Of a stretch of 64,000 nucleotides of DNA, positions 1-13,900 are shown one piece after another (positions within the stretch are counted from its first letter, which is position 1; each line of letters begins with the position of its first letter). The stretch lies in NCBI GenBank assembly GCA_030390025.1, contig CM059431.1, positions 149,608,001 to 149,672,000 of the forward strand, in the 5' to 3' direction. Origin of the DNA: Squalus acanthias (Eukaryota). The notes below the pieces were generated by a model. That model ran no database searches, was not told the origin of the DNA, and worked only from the letters and a program-made list of their open reading frames with translations. Position numbers and translations under genes: made by a program.

Positions 1-2523
1 GAGGGGTGTATGGTATATCAGAGTGTTACAGTGAGTGGTGTCGGGTATATAAGAGTGTTACATTGAGGGGTGTGGTGAATATCAGAGTGTTAGAGTGAAG
101 GGTGTGGGGTATATCAGAGTGTTACAGTGAGGGGTGTGGGGTATATTAGAGTGTTATAGTGAGGGGTGTGGGATATATCAGTGTGTTACAGTGAGTGGTG
201 TGTTCTATATCAGAGTGTTACAGTGAGTTTTGTGGTCTTTATCAGAGTGTAACAGTGAGTTGAGCGGTCTATATCAGAGTGTTACAGTGACGGGTGTGGA
301 GCAAATCAGAGAATGTTACAGTGAGTGGTGTGGGGTATATCAGTGTTACAGTGAGTGGTGTGGTGTATATCAGCGTGTTACAGGGAGTGGTGAGGTGTAT
401 ATCAGCGTGTTACAGTGAGGGGTGTGGTGCATATCAGAATGTTACTGTGAGTGGTTGGGGTATATCAGAATGTTACAGTGAGGGGTGTGGGGTATATCAG
501 AGTGTTAGAGTGAGGGGGTGTGTTCTATATCAGAGTGTTGCAGTGAGTGGCGTGGTGTATATCAGAGTGTTACAGTGAGTGGTGTGGTGTATATCAGAGT
601 GTTACAGTTAGTGTTGTGGTGTATATCAGAGTGTTGCAGTGAGGGGTGTAGGCTATATCATAGGGTTACATTGAGTGTTGGGGTATATATAAGTGTTACA
701 GTGAGGGTGTGGTGTATATCAGTGTGTTACAGTGAGTGATGTTGGGTATATTAGTGTGATAAAGTGAGGGGTGTGGGGTCTATCATTATGTAACAGTGAG
801 GGGTGTGCGGTATAAGAGATTGTTACAGTGAGGGGTGTGAGTATATCAGAGTGTTATAATTAGCGGTGTGGGGGATATCAAACTGTTACCATGAGGAGTA
901 AGTGGTACATCAGAGAGTGTTCCTGTGAGAGGAGTGGGATATATCAGAGTGCTGCTGGGATGTGGGGTATATCAGTGTGTTACAGTGAGGGCTGTGGTGT
1001 CTATCAGAGGTTGTTACAGTGAGCGGTGCGAGGTATATCAGTATTACAGTGAGTGGTGAGGGGAGTAACAGCCCAGAGTGTGGCATATATCAGAGTTTTA
1101 CTGTGAGTGGTGTGGGGTATATCAGTGTGTCACAGTTAGGGTTCAGGATATGTCAGAGTGATTTAGTAAGTGTTGTGTGGTATATCAGTTATAACAGTTG
1201 GGGTGTGGGGTATATCAGAGTGTTAAATTGAGGGGTGTAGGGTATATCAGACTGTTACAGCGTGTGATGAGGTCTATATAAGAGTTTTACGGGGTGTGGG
1301 ATTAATCAGGGGATTGCACTGAAAGGTTTGGTGCATATCAAAGTGTTACATTTAGCGGTGTGTGGTACATCAGCGTTTTATAGTGAAGAGTGTGTGGAAT
1401 AGCAGTGTGTTATAGTGAGAGGTGCGGGGTATATCAGAGTGTAACAGTGAGGGGAGTGGGGTAAATCAGAGTATTACATTGAGGTGTGTGGGGTAAATCA
1501 GAATGTTACTAGTGAGGTGTGTGGGAAATATCAGTGTTTTACAATGAGTGGTGTGCGGTATATCACTGTGTTATAGTGAGGGTTCTGCGGGACATCAGAG
1601 TGTTACAGTATTGGGTGAGTCGTGTATCAGAGTGTTGCTGTGAGAGGTGTGGGATATGTAAGAGTGCTTCGGGAGTGTGGTGTATATCACAGTGTTACAG
1701 TTATGGATGTGTGGCATATCAGATTGTTACAGTGAGAGGTGTAGCGTATATCAGTGTGTTACAGTGAGGTGTGTGGTTTATATCAGCGTCTGACATTGTG
1801 GAGTATTTCATAGTGTTACAGTGAGCGGTGTGGGGGATATCAGAGTGTTACCATGAGGGGTGTTGGGTATATCAGAGAGCGTTACATTGAGTGGTGTGGG
1901 ATATATCAGACGGTTACTGGGTTGTGGGGTACATCAGATTGTTACAGTGAGCGGTGTGGTGTATATCAGAGTGTTACAGTGAAGACTGTGGGGAATAGCA
2001 ATGAGTTGCAATGAGCGCTGCGGGGTATCTCAGAGTTTTACACTGAGGAGTGTGGGGTATTATGAGTTTTACAGTGTGGGGTGTGCAGAATATCAGGGTG
2101 TTTTTCAGTGTGGGTGTGGAGTATATTACAATGTGTTACAGTGAGTGGTGCGAGGTATATCAGTGTTACAGAGAGTGGAGTGGGATATATCAGAGTGCGC
2201 CAGTGAGAGGTGTGGGGTATAACGGAGTGTTACAGTGAGGTGTGTGGTGTAAATCTGAGTGTAACAGTGAGAGTTGTGCGGGAAATCAGAGTGTTGCAGT
2301 GTCGGGTGGGTAGTGTATCAGAGTGTTGCAGTGAGAGATGTGGGATATGTAAGAGTGCTTCGGGTTTTAGTGTATATCAGAGTGTTACACTCTATAGTGT
2401 GAGGAATAGCAATGTTTAATAATGAGCGCTGTGGGGTATATCAGAGTTTTAAAGTGAGGAGTGAGGGGTATTTCAGAGACTTGCAGTGTGGGGTGTGGAG
2501 AATATCAGAGTGTTTTTCAGTGA
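1..2523. repeat. Satellite A: tandem array of a 32-bp GT-rich unit (TATATCAGAGTGTTACAGTGAGGGGTGTGGGG), running off the window start
   Basis: TATAT recurs at 14 and 46 (period 32). The unit can be followed with substitutions to ~2523. ORFs here only repeat the unit. Confidence 0.95.
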
Positions 2524-2741
2524 GTCATAGAGTCTTAGAATCATAGTGTTATACTGCACAGAAAGATTGCCTTTGGCCCATCGTGTCCGCGCCGGCCATC
2601 AAGCCCTGACTATTCTAATCCCATTTTCCAGCAGTTGGTCCGTAGCCTTGTATGCTATGGCGTTCCAAGTGCTCATCTAAATGCTTCTTGAATGTTGTGA
2701 AGGCTCCTGCATCTACCACCCTTTCAGGAAGTGAGTTCCAG
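2524..2741 (-). mobile_element. CR1 (HER1-like) LINE 3' end; first part of a 5'-truncated copy split by a nested insertion
   Basis: Reverse complement matches the 3' ends at 10835-11002 and 26630-26842 (WNSLPERVVDAGAFTTFKKHLDEHL, 3' UTR, CTATGA-type tail). Confidence 0.9.
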
Positions 2742-5700
2742 AGGAAAAGCAGTGGAAGAGCTATAGTGATAGGGGATTCAATTGTAACGCGAATAGATAG
2801 GCATTTCTGCGGCCGCAAACGAGAGTCCAGGATGGTGTGTTGCCTCCTTGGTGCAAGGGTCAAGGACGTCTCGGAGCGGCTATGGAACATTTTGTAGGGG
2901 GAGGGCGAACAGCCAGTTGTCGTGGTGCACATAGGCATCAACGATAGAGGTAGAAAACGGGATGAGGTCCTAAAAGAAGAATATAGGGAGTTCGGAGGTA
3001 AATTAAAAAAGAGGACCTGAAAGGTATGAATCTGAGGATTGCTACCAGTGCCACGTGCTAGTAAAGTAGAAATAGGAGGATATTTCAAATGAATACGTGG
3101 CTAGAGGAATGGTGCAAGGGGGAGGGATTCAAATTCCTTGGACATTGGAACCGGTTCTGGGGAAGGAGGGACCAGTACAAACGGGACGGTCTGCACCTGG
3201 GCAGGGCCGGGACCGATGTCCTAGGGGGAGTGTTTGCTAGTGCTGTTGGGAGGGTTTAAACTAAAGTGGCAGAGGGTTGGGAACCTGAGCAGGGAGAAAA
3301 GAGGAAGGGAAACAAGGATAAAAGCTAAAGACAGGTAGGAGAAAAACAAAAGTCGAAGGCAAAGAACTCAACGGTTCATATCAAACATGGTCACAGTAAA
3401 TAATAATGCATATAGGACTGAGAGCGTTAAAAAACAAGCCTGAAGGCTTTGTGTCTTAATGCAAGGAGCATTCGGAACAAGGTGGATGAATTAGCTGTGC
3501 AAATAGCGGTAAATTAACACTATTTGATTGGGATTACAGAAACATTGCTCAAGGATGCCAAGGCTGGGAACTCAACATCCAGGGTCATTCAATATTTAGG
3601 AAAGATAGGCATAACAGAAAGGGAGGTGGGGTAGTATTGCTGGTTAAAGATGGGATTAACAAAATTGAAAGGAAGGATATTAGCTCTGATGATGCAGAAT
3701 CTGTATGGGTAGAACTGAGAAATAACAAGGGGCAGAAAACGTTAGTGGGTTGGTATATAGACCTCCAAACAGTAATACGGAGGTTGGGGACGGCATTAAA
3801 AGGGAAATTAGAGAAACATGTAGTAAGGGCACAGCAGTCATCATGGGTGACTTTAATTTACATATAGATTGGGATAACCAAATTAGTAAAAATTCTGTGG
3901 AGGAGGAATTCCTAGAATGTTTACGAGATGGTTTTCTGGAACAATATGTCGAGGAACCAACCAGAGATCAGGCCATCTTAGACAGGGTATTATGTAACGA
4001 GAAAGGATTAATTAGCAATCATGTCGTACGAGGCCCCTTGGGTCAGAGTGATCATAATATGATAGAATTCTGCATTAGGTTGGAGAGTGTAGTAGTTGAA
4101 TCAGAGACTAGGGTCCTGAATTTAAATAAAGGAAACTAAGATGGTATGAGGCGCGAATTGGGTAGTATTGATTGGGGAATGTCACTCAAGGGGTTGACGG
4201 TGGATAGGCAATGGCCAACATTCAAAAACTGCATGGATGAACTACAGAATTTGTTCATCCCAGTGTGGCATAAGAATAAAACAAAAAGGGTGACTCAACC
4301 GTGGCTAACAAGGCAAATTAGGGATAGCATAAGATCCAAGGAGAGGGCATATAAATTGGCCAGAAAAAGCAGTAGCCCTGAGGACTGGGAGCAGTTTAGG
4401 ATTCAACAAAGGAGGACAAAGGGATTAATTAAGAAGGGTAAAATAGAATATGAAAGTAAGCTTGCTGGGAACATAAAAAAACTGACTGTAAGAGCTTTTA
4501 TAGATATGTGAAGAGAAAAAGATTAGTGAAATCAAGTGTAGCTCCCTTGCAGTCAGAAGCGTGGGAAGTTATAATGGGGAACAAAGAAATGACAGACCAA
4601 TTAAATGCATATTTTGGTTCTGTCTTCACAAAGGAGGACAAAAATAACCTCCCAGAGATGTTGGAGAACATATGGTCTGATCAAAGGGAGGAACTGAAAT
4701 AAATCAATATTTGCAGGGAAATGGTGTTAGGGAAATTGACAGGATTGAAGGCCGATAAATCACCAGGGCCTGATTATCTACATCCTAGGGTACTTAAGGA
4801 AGTGGCACTAGAAATAGTAGATGCATTGCTGATCATCTTCCAACATTCGATGGAATCTGCAACTGTACCCATGGATTGGAGGGTAGCTAATGTTGACCCA
4901 CTATTCAAAAAGGGTGGTAGAGAGAAAGCGAGGAATTACAGACCGGTAAGCCTGACATCAGTATTGGGGAAAATGCTAGAGTGCATTATAAAGGATGTAA
5001 TAGCTGAGCACTTGAAAAACAGTGACAGGATCGGACAAAGTCAACATGGATTTACAAAAGGTAAATCGTGCTTGACTAATCTACTGGAATTTTTTGAGGA
5101 TGTATCTGGGAAAATAGATAAGGGAGAACCAGTAGATCTGGTGTATTTAGACTTTCAAAAGGCTTTCGATAAGGTCCCGCATAAGTGATTAGCGTGTAAA
5201 GTTAAGGCACATGGGATTGGGGCAAGATAATGAATTGGACAGAGAACTGGTTGGCGGACTGAAAGCAGAGAATAGGAATTATTGGGTATTTTTCTGAGTG
5301 GCATTCAGTGACTAGTGGGGTACCGCAGGGCCCCAGATATTCACAATATACGTTAATGATCTAGATAACGGAACTAAATATAATATCTCCAAGTTTGCAG
5401 CTGACACAAAGCTGGGTGCGAGTGTGTGCTGCGAGGAAGATACCGAGAAACTCCAGGATGATTTGGACAGGTTGGGTGAGTGGGCAGAAGCGTGGCAGAG
5501 TTTGGATAAGTTCGAGGTTATCCACTTTGGTGTCAAAAATAGAAAGGTAGACTATTATCTGAATGGCAATAGATTGGGAGAAGGGGAAGTGCAACGAGAC
5601 CTGGGTGTCCTTGTGCACCAGTCGCTGAAAGTAAGCATGCAGGTGCAACAGGCGGTGAAGAAGGCAAATGGTATGTTGGCCTTCATAGCGAAAGGGTTTG

Positions 5701-6313
5701 AGTATAGGAACAGGGATGTCCTGCTGCAGTTGTACAGGGCCTTGGTGAGGCACAGCTTGAGTGCTGTCTGCAGTTTTGGTCGCCTTCTCTGAGGAAGGAT
5801 GTTCTTGCCATGGAAGGAGTTCAGCAAAGATTCACCAGGCTGATACCTGGGATGGCAGGAATGACATATGATGAAAGATTGGGTCGATTGGGCTTATACT
5901 CGCTGGAGTATAGAAGAATGAGAGGGGATCTCATCGAAACATATAAAATTCTGACAGGTCTGTACAAACTAGATGCAAGAAGAATGTTCCCGGTGGTCGG
6001 ATAGTCCAGAAACAGTGGTCATAATCTAAGGATAACGGGTAAGCCATTTCGGACAGAAATGAGGAAGAATTTCTTCACCCAGAGTGTGGTGAACCTGTGG
6101 AATTCATTCCCACAGAATGTAGTTGAGGCCAAGTCATTAAATATATTCAAGAATGAGTTAGATATATTTCTTAAAGCTCAAGGTATCAAGGGATATTGGG
6201 AGAAGGCAGGTACAGGAGACTGAGTTTGGATGATCAGCCATGATCTCATCGAATGGCGGAGCAGGCTCGAGGGGCCGAATGGCCTACTCCTGCTCCGATC
6301 ATCTATGTTTCTA
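2742..6313 (+). mobile_element. CR1 LINE, 5'-truncated inside ORF1 (SGNH esterase), with a decayed ORF2 (APE endonuclease and RT)
   Basis: Motifs IVIGDSIV and DGLHL (esterase), YRPPNS/GDFN/SDHN (endonuclease), NYRPVSLTS, QHGF and LDFQKAFDKVPH (RT). Many stops and frameshifts. 3' tail ATCTATGTTTCTA at 6301-6313. Confidence 0.95.
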
Positions 6314-6475
6314 TTCCAACCACCCACTGGGTGAAAATGTTTTTTCTCAAATCCCCTCTAAACCTCCTGCCCATTACCTTGAACCTATCTCCCCTTGTTA
6401 TTGATCCCTCTACTAAGGGGAAAAGTTCCTTTCCATCTACACTATCCATGCCCCAAATACTTTTGCACAACTCTA
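6314..6475 (-). mobile_element. CR1 (HER1-like) fragment continuing 2524-2741
   Basis: GAGTTCCAGA (ends 2741) joined to TTCCAACCAC (starts 6314) restores the reverse complement of the continuous sequence near 26610-26650. Confidence 0.88.
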
Positions 6476-7105
6476 GAGTTCAGTTTGTCACGGAGTGCAG
6501 ATGGGAACAGAGTGTTAAGCTGCGAGTTTGGTGAGTGAGGGAGTGATTCTTAAACGTTAATCTCTTTTTTTATAAAATCTAGTTGTGTGTGATTGCAATT
6601 AGCGTTTAACTTAAATTTAAATTTACTGTTTCAAGTTTTAAGTTTCTTCCAGTCTTGGGCAGGGCGAAGCAAGCTCTGTGCTGGAGAGCAGGTGAGAGTA
6701 ATTAATTAATTAACTGGTCTAATCTTGTTCTGTAACTGCCTGACAGCTCACTTATTTCAATCTCAGCAATATAAACAAGGGAGGATAGAGTGCAGTTCGT
6801 CACGGTGTACAGATCAGAACAGGGTATAGAGCTGCGAGTTTGGTGAGTGAGGGACTTCGGGGAGGGAGGTGATCCTATCTTTGTCTGTCTTTGTCAGCTT
6901 CCAGGAGAGCAGGAGCTAAAAAGCAGCACAAGAGGGGACAGAGAACCAGCGGTGAGTATTTCTACAGTATTTCTACATCCCAGTCGTTAAAGTAAAAGTA
7001 AGGTATCTAGTTTAGAGTAAGTAGTGTTTAAAGCGACCTAAGGTCCTATGTTATTTAATATTCTTTAATTTAAAGGAACTAAACGGAGTAAATTCAGCGG
7101 TGCAC

Positions 7106-8057
7106 ATGGCAGGGCAGCTCGGCAGCGTGGAGTGCTCATCCTGTGCTATGTTGGAAGTAAGCGACACTTTAGCTGTCCAGGGCGAACACGTGCAGCAAGT
7201 GTCTCCAGCTGCAGCTACTCGAAATCCGCATTTCAGAGCTGGAGCTGCGGCTGGAGGCAGTGTGGAGCATCCGCGAAGCTGAGATCTTCGTGGATAGCAC
7301 GTTTAACAAGGTGGTCACACCGCAGGTGAAGATTGCACAGGCAGACAGGAAATGGGTGACCGCCAGACAGAGTAAAAGAACTAGGAACGTTGTGCATGTG
7401 TCCCCTGGGTCCATCTCACTCTCCAATAGATTTTCCGTTTTGGATACGGCTGGGGCAGATGGTTTCTCAGGGGAATGCAGCCAGAGTCAAGTCCCTGGCA
7501 CTACGAGTGGCTCAGCTGCACATGAGGGGAGGACAAAGAGTGGGAGAACATTAGTGATAGGGGATACTATTGTAAGGGGAACAGATAGAGGTTTCTGTGT
7601 CCGCAGAACTGACCCCAGGATGTTATGTTGCCTCCCTGGTGGCAGGGTCAAGGATGCCACTGAACGGCTGCAGGGCATTCTGAAGGGGGAGGGCGAACAG
7701 TCAGAGGTCGTGGTTCACATTGGTACCAACGACATGGGTAGAAAAATGGATAAGGTCCTGCAACAAGAATTTAGGAAGCCAGGTATCAAATTAAAAATCA
7801 GGAACTCAAACGTTGTAATCTCTGGATTACTCCCGGTGCCACGTGCTAATGAGTATCGGAATGGGAGGATCGAACAGATGAATGCGTGGCTAAAAAGTTG
7901 GTGCAGGAGGGAGGGCTTTAGTTTCTGGATCACTGGTCTGCTTCTGGGGAAGTTGGGACATGTACAAGTCGGACGTGTTGCTCCAGAACCGGAATGGGAC
8001 CAACATCCTTGCAGGGATGTTTGCTGGTACTGTTGGTGGTGGGGGTGTGGGGGTTAA
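7106..8057 (+). pseudogene. CR1 ORF1p (CxxC...CxxC zinc finger, leucine zipper, SGNH esterase), frameshifted
   Basis: MAGQLGSVECSSC, then after a frameshift CSKCLQLQLLEIRISELELRLE, then LVIGDTIVRG, VHIGTND and ISGLLPVPRA. Confidence 0.85.
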
Positions 8058-8170
8058 ACTAACTTGGCAGGGGGATTGGATACGGAGTGGAGATATAGTA
8101 GGTGGTGATGCAGAGCCAAATATAGAGTCAGCCTAGAAGGCAAAGCAAATATGTAACGGCACAAGGGAGT

Positions 8171-10962
8171 ATGGCAATGCTGGATGGCATTTATTTTAGT
8201 GCAAGTAGTCTTGCGAGTAAGGCAGATGAATTGAAGGTGTTGATGAACACGTGGCACTATGATATTTTTGCGATCACAGAGACATGGTTGAGGGAGGGGC
8301 AGGACTGGCAGCTCAATATTCCGGGGTATAGAATCTTCAGGCGAGATAGAGGGGTGTGTAAAAGATTAGGGGGTGTCGCAATATTAATCAAGGAGTCAAT
8401 TACTGCTGTAAGGAGGGATGATATCTTAGCAGGTTCCTCTAATGAGGGCATATGGGTAGAACTGAAAAACAAAAAGGGTGCAAGCACTTTGCTGTGAGTG
8501 TACTACAGGCACCCAAACAGTCAGGGGGAGATATAGGAACAGATATGTAGGCAAATCTCAGAGAAGTGTAGAAATAGCAGGGTAATAATAGTAGGGGATT
8601 TAAACTTCCCCAATATTAACTGGGATAGTCAGAGTGTGAAAGGCTTAGAGGGTGTGGAATTCTTAAAGTGCATCCAGGAGAGTTTTTGAGCCAGTATGTC
8701 GAAAATCCTGCAAGAGAAGGGGCGGTCCTGAACCTAATTCTATGGAATGTAGCCGGGCAAGTAGTAGATGTAACATTAGGAGAGCATTAAGGTGACAGTG
8801 ACCATAATTCGGCGGGATTTAAGGTAGTCATGGAAAAGACAAAGATGGACGGAAATAAAGGTTCTAAATTGGGGGAAGGCCGATTTTAATATGATAAGGC
8901 AGGATCTGGCCAAAGTGGACTGGGATCAGCTACTTGTAGGAAAATCCACATCCGTGCAGTGGGAGCCTTTCAGAAAGGAAATAGAGAGAGTACAACGCCA
9001 ACATGTTCCCGTATAGGTCAAGGGTTTGACCAACAAGCCCAGGGAATCCTGGATGTCACGGGATATACAAGAATGGATTAGGAAAAAAAGGGAGGCTTTT
9101 GGCAGAAACAAATGACTAAAAACAGTGTAAGCCCTAGAGGAGTATAGAAAGTGCAGGTGGGTACCTAAAAAAGAAATTAGGAGAGCGTAGAGGGGGCATG
9201 AAAAAACACTGGCATGCAAGATAAAGAAAAATCCCAAGGTGTTTTATAAGTATATTAAGGGCAAGAGGATAACCAGGGAAAGAGTACGGCCCATTAGGGA
9301 AACAATGGCAATCTGTGTGTAGAGCCGGAAGATGTAGGTGAGGCTTTAAATGAATATTTAGCATCTGTGTTCACTATGGAGAAGGACGATGTAGGCATAG
9401 AAATCAAGCAAGGCTATTGTGATATACTTGAACAAATTAGTATTGAGAGGGAGGAGGTACTAGCGGTTTTGGCGGGCTTAAAAGTGTATAAATCCCCTGC
9501 CCAGACGAGAGGTTACCCAGGCTGCTGTGTGAGGCAAGGGAGGAGACTGCAGGGGCTCTGACACAAATTTTCAGAACCTCTCTGGCCACAGGGGAGGTGC
9601 CAGAGGACTGGAGAAAAGCTAAAGTAGAACCATTATTCAAGACGGGTAGTAGGGATAAACCAGGGAATTACAGGCCAGTGAGCCTAACATCAGTGGTAGA
9701 GAAATTATTGCAAAAATTCTGAGGGACCGAATAAGTCTCCAGTTGGAGAGGCAAGAATTAATCAAGGATAGTCAGCATGGCTTTGCCAGGGGGAGATCTA
9801 GTCTGACCAATTTGATTGAATTTTTCGAGGCGATCACTAGATGTGCGGATGAGGGTAGTGCAGTTGATGTGATCTACGTGGACTTCAGTAAGGCTTTTGA
9901 CAAAGTTCCGCATGGGAGACTGATCAAGAAGGTAAGAGCCCATGGGATCCAGGGCAATTTGGCAGATTGGATCTAAAATTGGCTTAGTGGCAGGTGGCAG
10001 AGCGTGATGGGCGAAGGTTGTTTTTTTGACTGGAAGCCTGTGTCCAGTGGTGTACCGCAGGCATTAGTGCTGGGTCCCTTGCTGTTTGTAGTGTACATTA
10101 ATGAATTAGATATGGAAGTAGGAGGCATGATCAGTAAGTTCGCTGATGACACGAAAATTGGTGGAGTGGTAAATAGCGAGGAGGGAAGCCTTAGGCTACA
10201 GGTCGATATAGACGGTTTGGTGAGATGGGCAGAACATTGGCAAATGGAACTTAACACAGTAAAGCGTGAGGTGATGCATTTTGGGAGGACTTTCAATGCA
10301 AGGGAATAAGCTATGAATGGTAGGACCCTAGGATAGACAGAGGATCAGAAAAAAACGTGGTGTGCATGTACGTAGATCTCTGTAGGCAGCAGGACAGGTA
10401 GATAACGTGGTAAAGAAGGCATAGGGGATACTTGCATTCATTGGCCGATGCATAATATATAAGAGCAGAGAGGTTATGATGGAGCTGTACATAATGCAAG
10501 TTTGGCCACAGCTGGAATATTGTGTGCAGTTCTGGTCGACACACTATAGGAAGGATGTGACTGCATTGGAGAGGGTGCAGAGGAGATTCACCAGGATGTT
10601 ACCTGGGCTGGAAAGTTTCAGCTATGAAGAGAGACTGGAAAGGCTGGGGTTGTTTTCCTTAGAGAAGAGGTGGCTGAGGTGTACAAAATTATGAGGGGCA
10701 TAGATAGTGTAGATAGATAGGAACTTTTCCCCTTAGTAGAGGGTTCAATAACCAGGGGGAATAGTTTCAACTTAAGTGGGAGGAGGTGTAGAGGGGTGAT
10801 GAGGAAAAAAAAATCGCCCAGAGAGTGGTTGTAATCTGGAACTCACTGCCTGAAATTTTGGTAGATGCAGGAACCGTCACAACATTCATGAACCAATTAG
10901 ACGAGCACTTGAAACGCCATAGCATACAAGTCTACGGACCATATGCTGGAAAATGGGATTAG
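8171..10962 (+). pseudogene. CR1 ORF2p (endonuclease and reverse transcriptase), disrupted many times
   Basis: ORF-track fragments 8171-8497, 9367-9561, 9743-9976, 10004-10309 and 10476-10694 are collinear CR1 ORF2 pieces. Confidence 0.88.
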
Positions 10963-13900
10963 AATAGATAGGGCTTGATGGCCGGCGCAGACACGATGGG
11001 CCATTAGGGAGAACTTTTATAGTGGCTCACCAAAAGTGAACTCTTTTAAAAAGGCTGTTTCAGCATCAGGGACACACTTTAAAGAGGGAGTGTTTCTATC
11101 AGGGACCACTTTTAATGAGAGAATCTCCCTATTTGAGACTTGTTTTAAAGAGGCTCCTCATCGGCGACCCCGTTTAAAGAGGTTGTTTCAGCATCAGGGA
11201 CTCCTACTAAAGAGAGAATCTCACCATCAGGGACCACTTGTAAAGAGAGAATCTCACCATCAGGGACAACTTGTAAAGAGAGAATCTCACCATCAGGGGC
11301 CACTTGTAAAGAGAGAATCTCACCATCAGGGACCCAATTGAGCAGGAGCCTCACCATCAGGGACACGTTTAAAGAGAGTTTTCTATCAGAGACCCCTTTT
11401 AAAGGGAGTCTCAACCTAGTGGACCCATTTTAAAGAGAGCGACTTTCTATCAGGGACACCTTTTAAAGAGAGAGTCTCTAAACCAGGGAACCCTTTTAAA
11501 GAGGGAGTGTCTCAATCAGGGACACTTTTAAAGAGGGTGTCGCCCCATCATGGACCCCGTTTAAAGAGGGAGTCTCATCAACAGGGACCCCTTTTAAAGA
11601 GGGAGCATGCCCATCAGGTACCCCTTTTAAAAACGGAGCCTCATCATCATGGACCCATTTTAAAGAGAGAGTCTCACCATCAGGGATCCCTTTTACAGAG
11701 GGAGTTTCAGCATCAGGGACTGCTTTTAAAGAGATAGTCACTCCATCAGGGACCCCATTTAAAGAGAGAGTCTCATCATCAGGGACCGCTTTTAAAGAGA
11801 TTTACGCCCGATCAGGGACCCCTTTTAAATAGGGCATCTTAACATCAGGGACCCCTTTTAAAGAGAGAGTCTTTCAATCAGGGCCCCCTTTTAAAGAGAG
11901 AGTATCCACATTAAGGAACCCTTTAAAAGAGGCTCACCTTCAGGGACCCCTTTTAAAGAGGGTGTTTCAGCATCAGGGACTCCAATTAAAGAGGGAGTAT
12001 CATAATCAGGGACCCATTTTAAAGAGAATGCCACACCACCAGGGACCACTTTTAAAGAGGGAGTCTCACCATCAGGGACCCCTTTTAAAGAGGTTCAGCT
12101 TCAGGCACCGCTTTTAAAAAGATAATCTCTCCATCAGGGACCCCTTTTAAAGAGGGAGTTTCATCAACAGGGACCCCTTTTAAAGAGGGAGCATGCCCAT
12201 CAGGTACCCCTTTTAAAAAACGGAGCCTCATCATCATGGACCCATTTTAAAGAGAGAGTCTCACCATCAGGGATCCCTTTTACAGAGGGAGTTTCAGCAT
12301 CAGGGACTGCTTTTAAAGAGATAGTCACTCCATCAGGGACCCCATTTAAAGAGAGAGTCTCATCATCAGGGACCGCTTTTAAAGATTTACGCCCGATCAG
12401 GGACCCCTTTTAAATAGGGCATCTTATCATCAGGGACCCCTTTTAAAGAGAGAGTCTTTCAATCAGGGCCCCCTTTTAAAGAGAGAGTCTCCACATTAAG
12501 GAACCCTTTAAAAGAGGCTCACCTTCAGGGACCGCTTTTAAAGAGGGTGTTTCAGCATCAGGGACTCCGATTAAAGTGGGAGTATCATAATCAGGGACCC
12601 ATTTTAAATAGAATGCCACACCACCAGGGATCACTTTTAAAGAGGGAGTCTCACCATCAGGGACCCCTTTTAAAGAGGTTCAGCATCAGGGACCGCTTTT
12701 AAAAAGATAATCTCTCCATCAGGGACCCCTTTTAAAGAGGGAGTGTCTCAATAACGGATCCCTTTTAAAGAGGGTGTCGACCCATCATGGACCCCTTTTA
12801 AAGAGGGAGTCTCACCATAAGGGACCCCGTTTAAAGAGAGAGTCTCATCATCATGGATCCCTTTTAAAGAGGGATTCTCACCAACTGGGACGCCTTTTAA
12901 AGAGGGATTCTCACCATCAGGGACCAATATTAAAGACACTTTTTCGATCAGGGACACCTTTTAAAGAGAGGGTCTCCTCATTAGGGAACCCTTTTAAAAA
13001 GGGTGGTTCAGCATCAGGGACGCTTTTTAAAGAGGGAGACTTCCTATCAGGGACCGCTTTTAAAGAGAGATTCTCCCCATTAGGGACCCCTTTTAAAGAG
13101 GTTCACCATCAGCGACCCCTTTTAAATAGGGTGTTTCAGCAAAAGGGACTCCTATTAATGAGGGAGTTTCAGCATCAGGGACCGCTTTTAAAGAAATAGT
13201 CACACCATCAGGGACCCCTTTTAAACAGGGTAGATCACCATCCGGGACACCTTTTAAAGAGAGAGTCTCACCATCAGGGGTCTATTTTAAAGAGGGAGTC
13301 TCATCATCAGGGACCCCTTTTAAAGAAGTAGTCTCACCATCAGGTACCCCTTTCAAAATAGAGTCTTTCTATCAGTTGCCCCTTTTAAAGAGAGAGTCTC
13401 TCGACCAGGGACCCCTTTTAAAGAGGGAGCCTCACAATCGGGGACCCCTTTTAAAGAGGGCGATTCAGCTTCACGGACCCTTTTTAAAGAGTGAGTCTTA
13501 CCATCTGGGATCCCTTTTAAAGAGTGAACCTTACCATTAGGCAGCCCTTTTAAAGAGGGAGTCTTTCTATCAGGGAGCCCTTTTAATGAGTGAGTCAGCA
13601 TCAGGGATCCCTTTTAAAAGAGAGAGACTCACACCAGGAATCCTTTTAAAGAGGGAGTGTTTCTATCAGGGACCACTTTTAATGAGAGAATCTCCCTATT
13701 TGAGACATGTTTTAAAGAGGCTCCTCATCGGCGACCCCGTTTAAAGAGGTTGTTTCAGCATCAGGGACTCCTACTAAAGAGAGAATCTCACCATCAGGGA
13801 CCACTTGTAAAGAGAGAATCTCACCATCAGGGACCACTTGTAAAGAGAGAATCTCACCATCAGGGGCCACTTGTAAAGAGAGAATCTCACCATCAGGGAC

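Larger units (their letters stand above)
6476..11002 (+). mobile_element. Near full-length decayed CR1 (HER1-like) LINE with 5' UTR, ORF1 and ORF2; terminal tail missing
   Basis: ORF1 starts ~7106. ORF2 pieces include AITETWL, QHGF, VDFSKAFDKVPH, KFADDTK and LEYCVQFWS. The element stops at ACACGATGGGCC where satellite B begins. Confidence 0.93.

Noticed and set aside
230..2419. Val/Ser/Gly-rich ORFs in satellite A
   Set aside because: They are repeat translations, and the 32-bp unit shifts frame with every copy.
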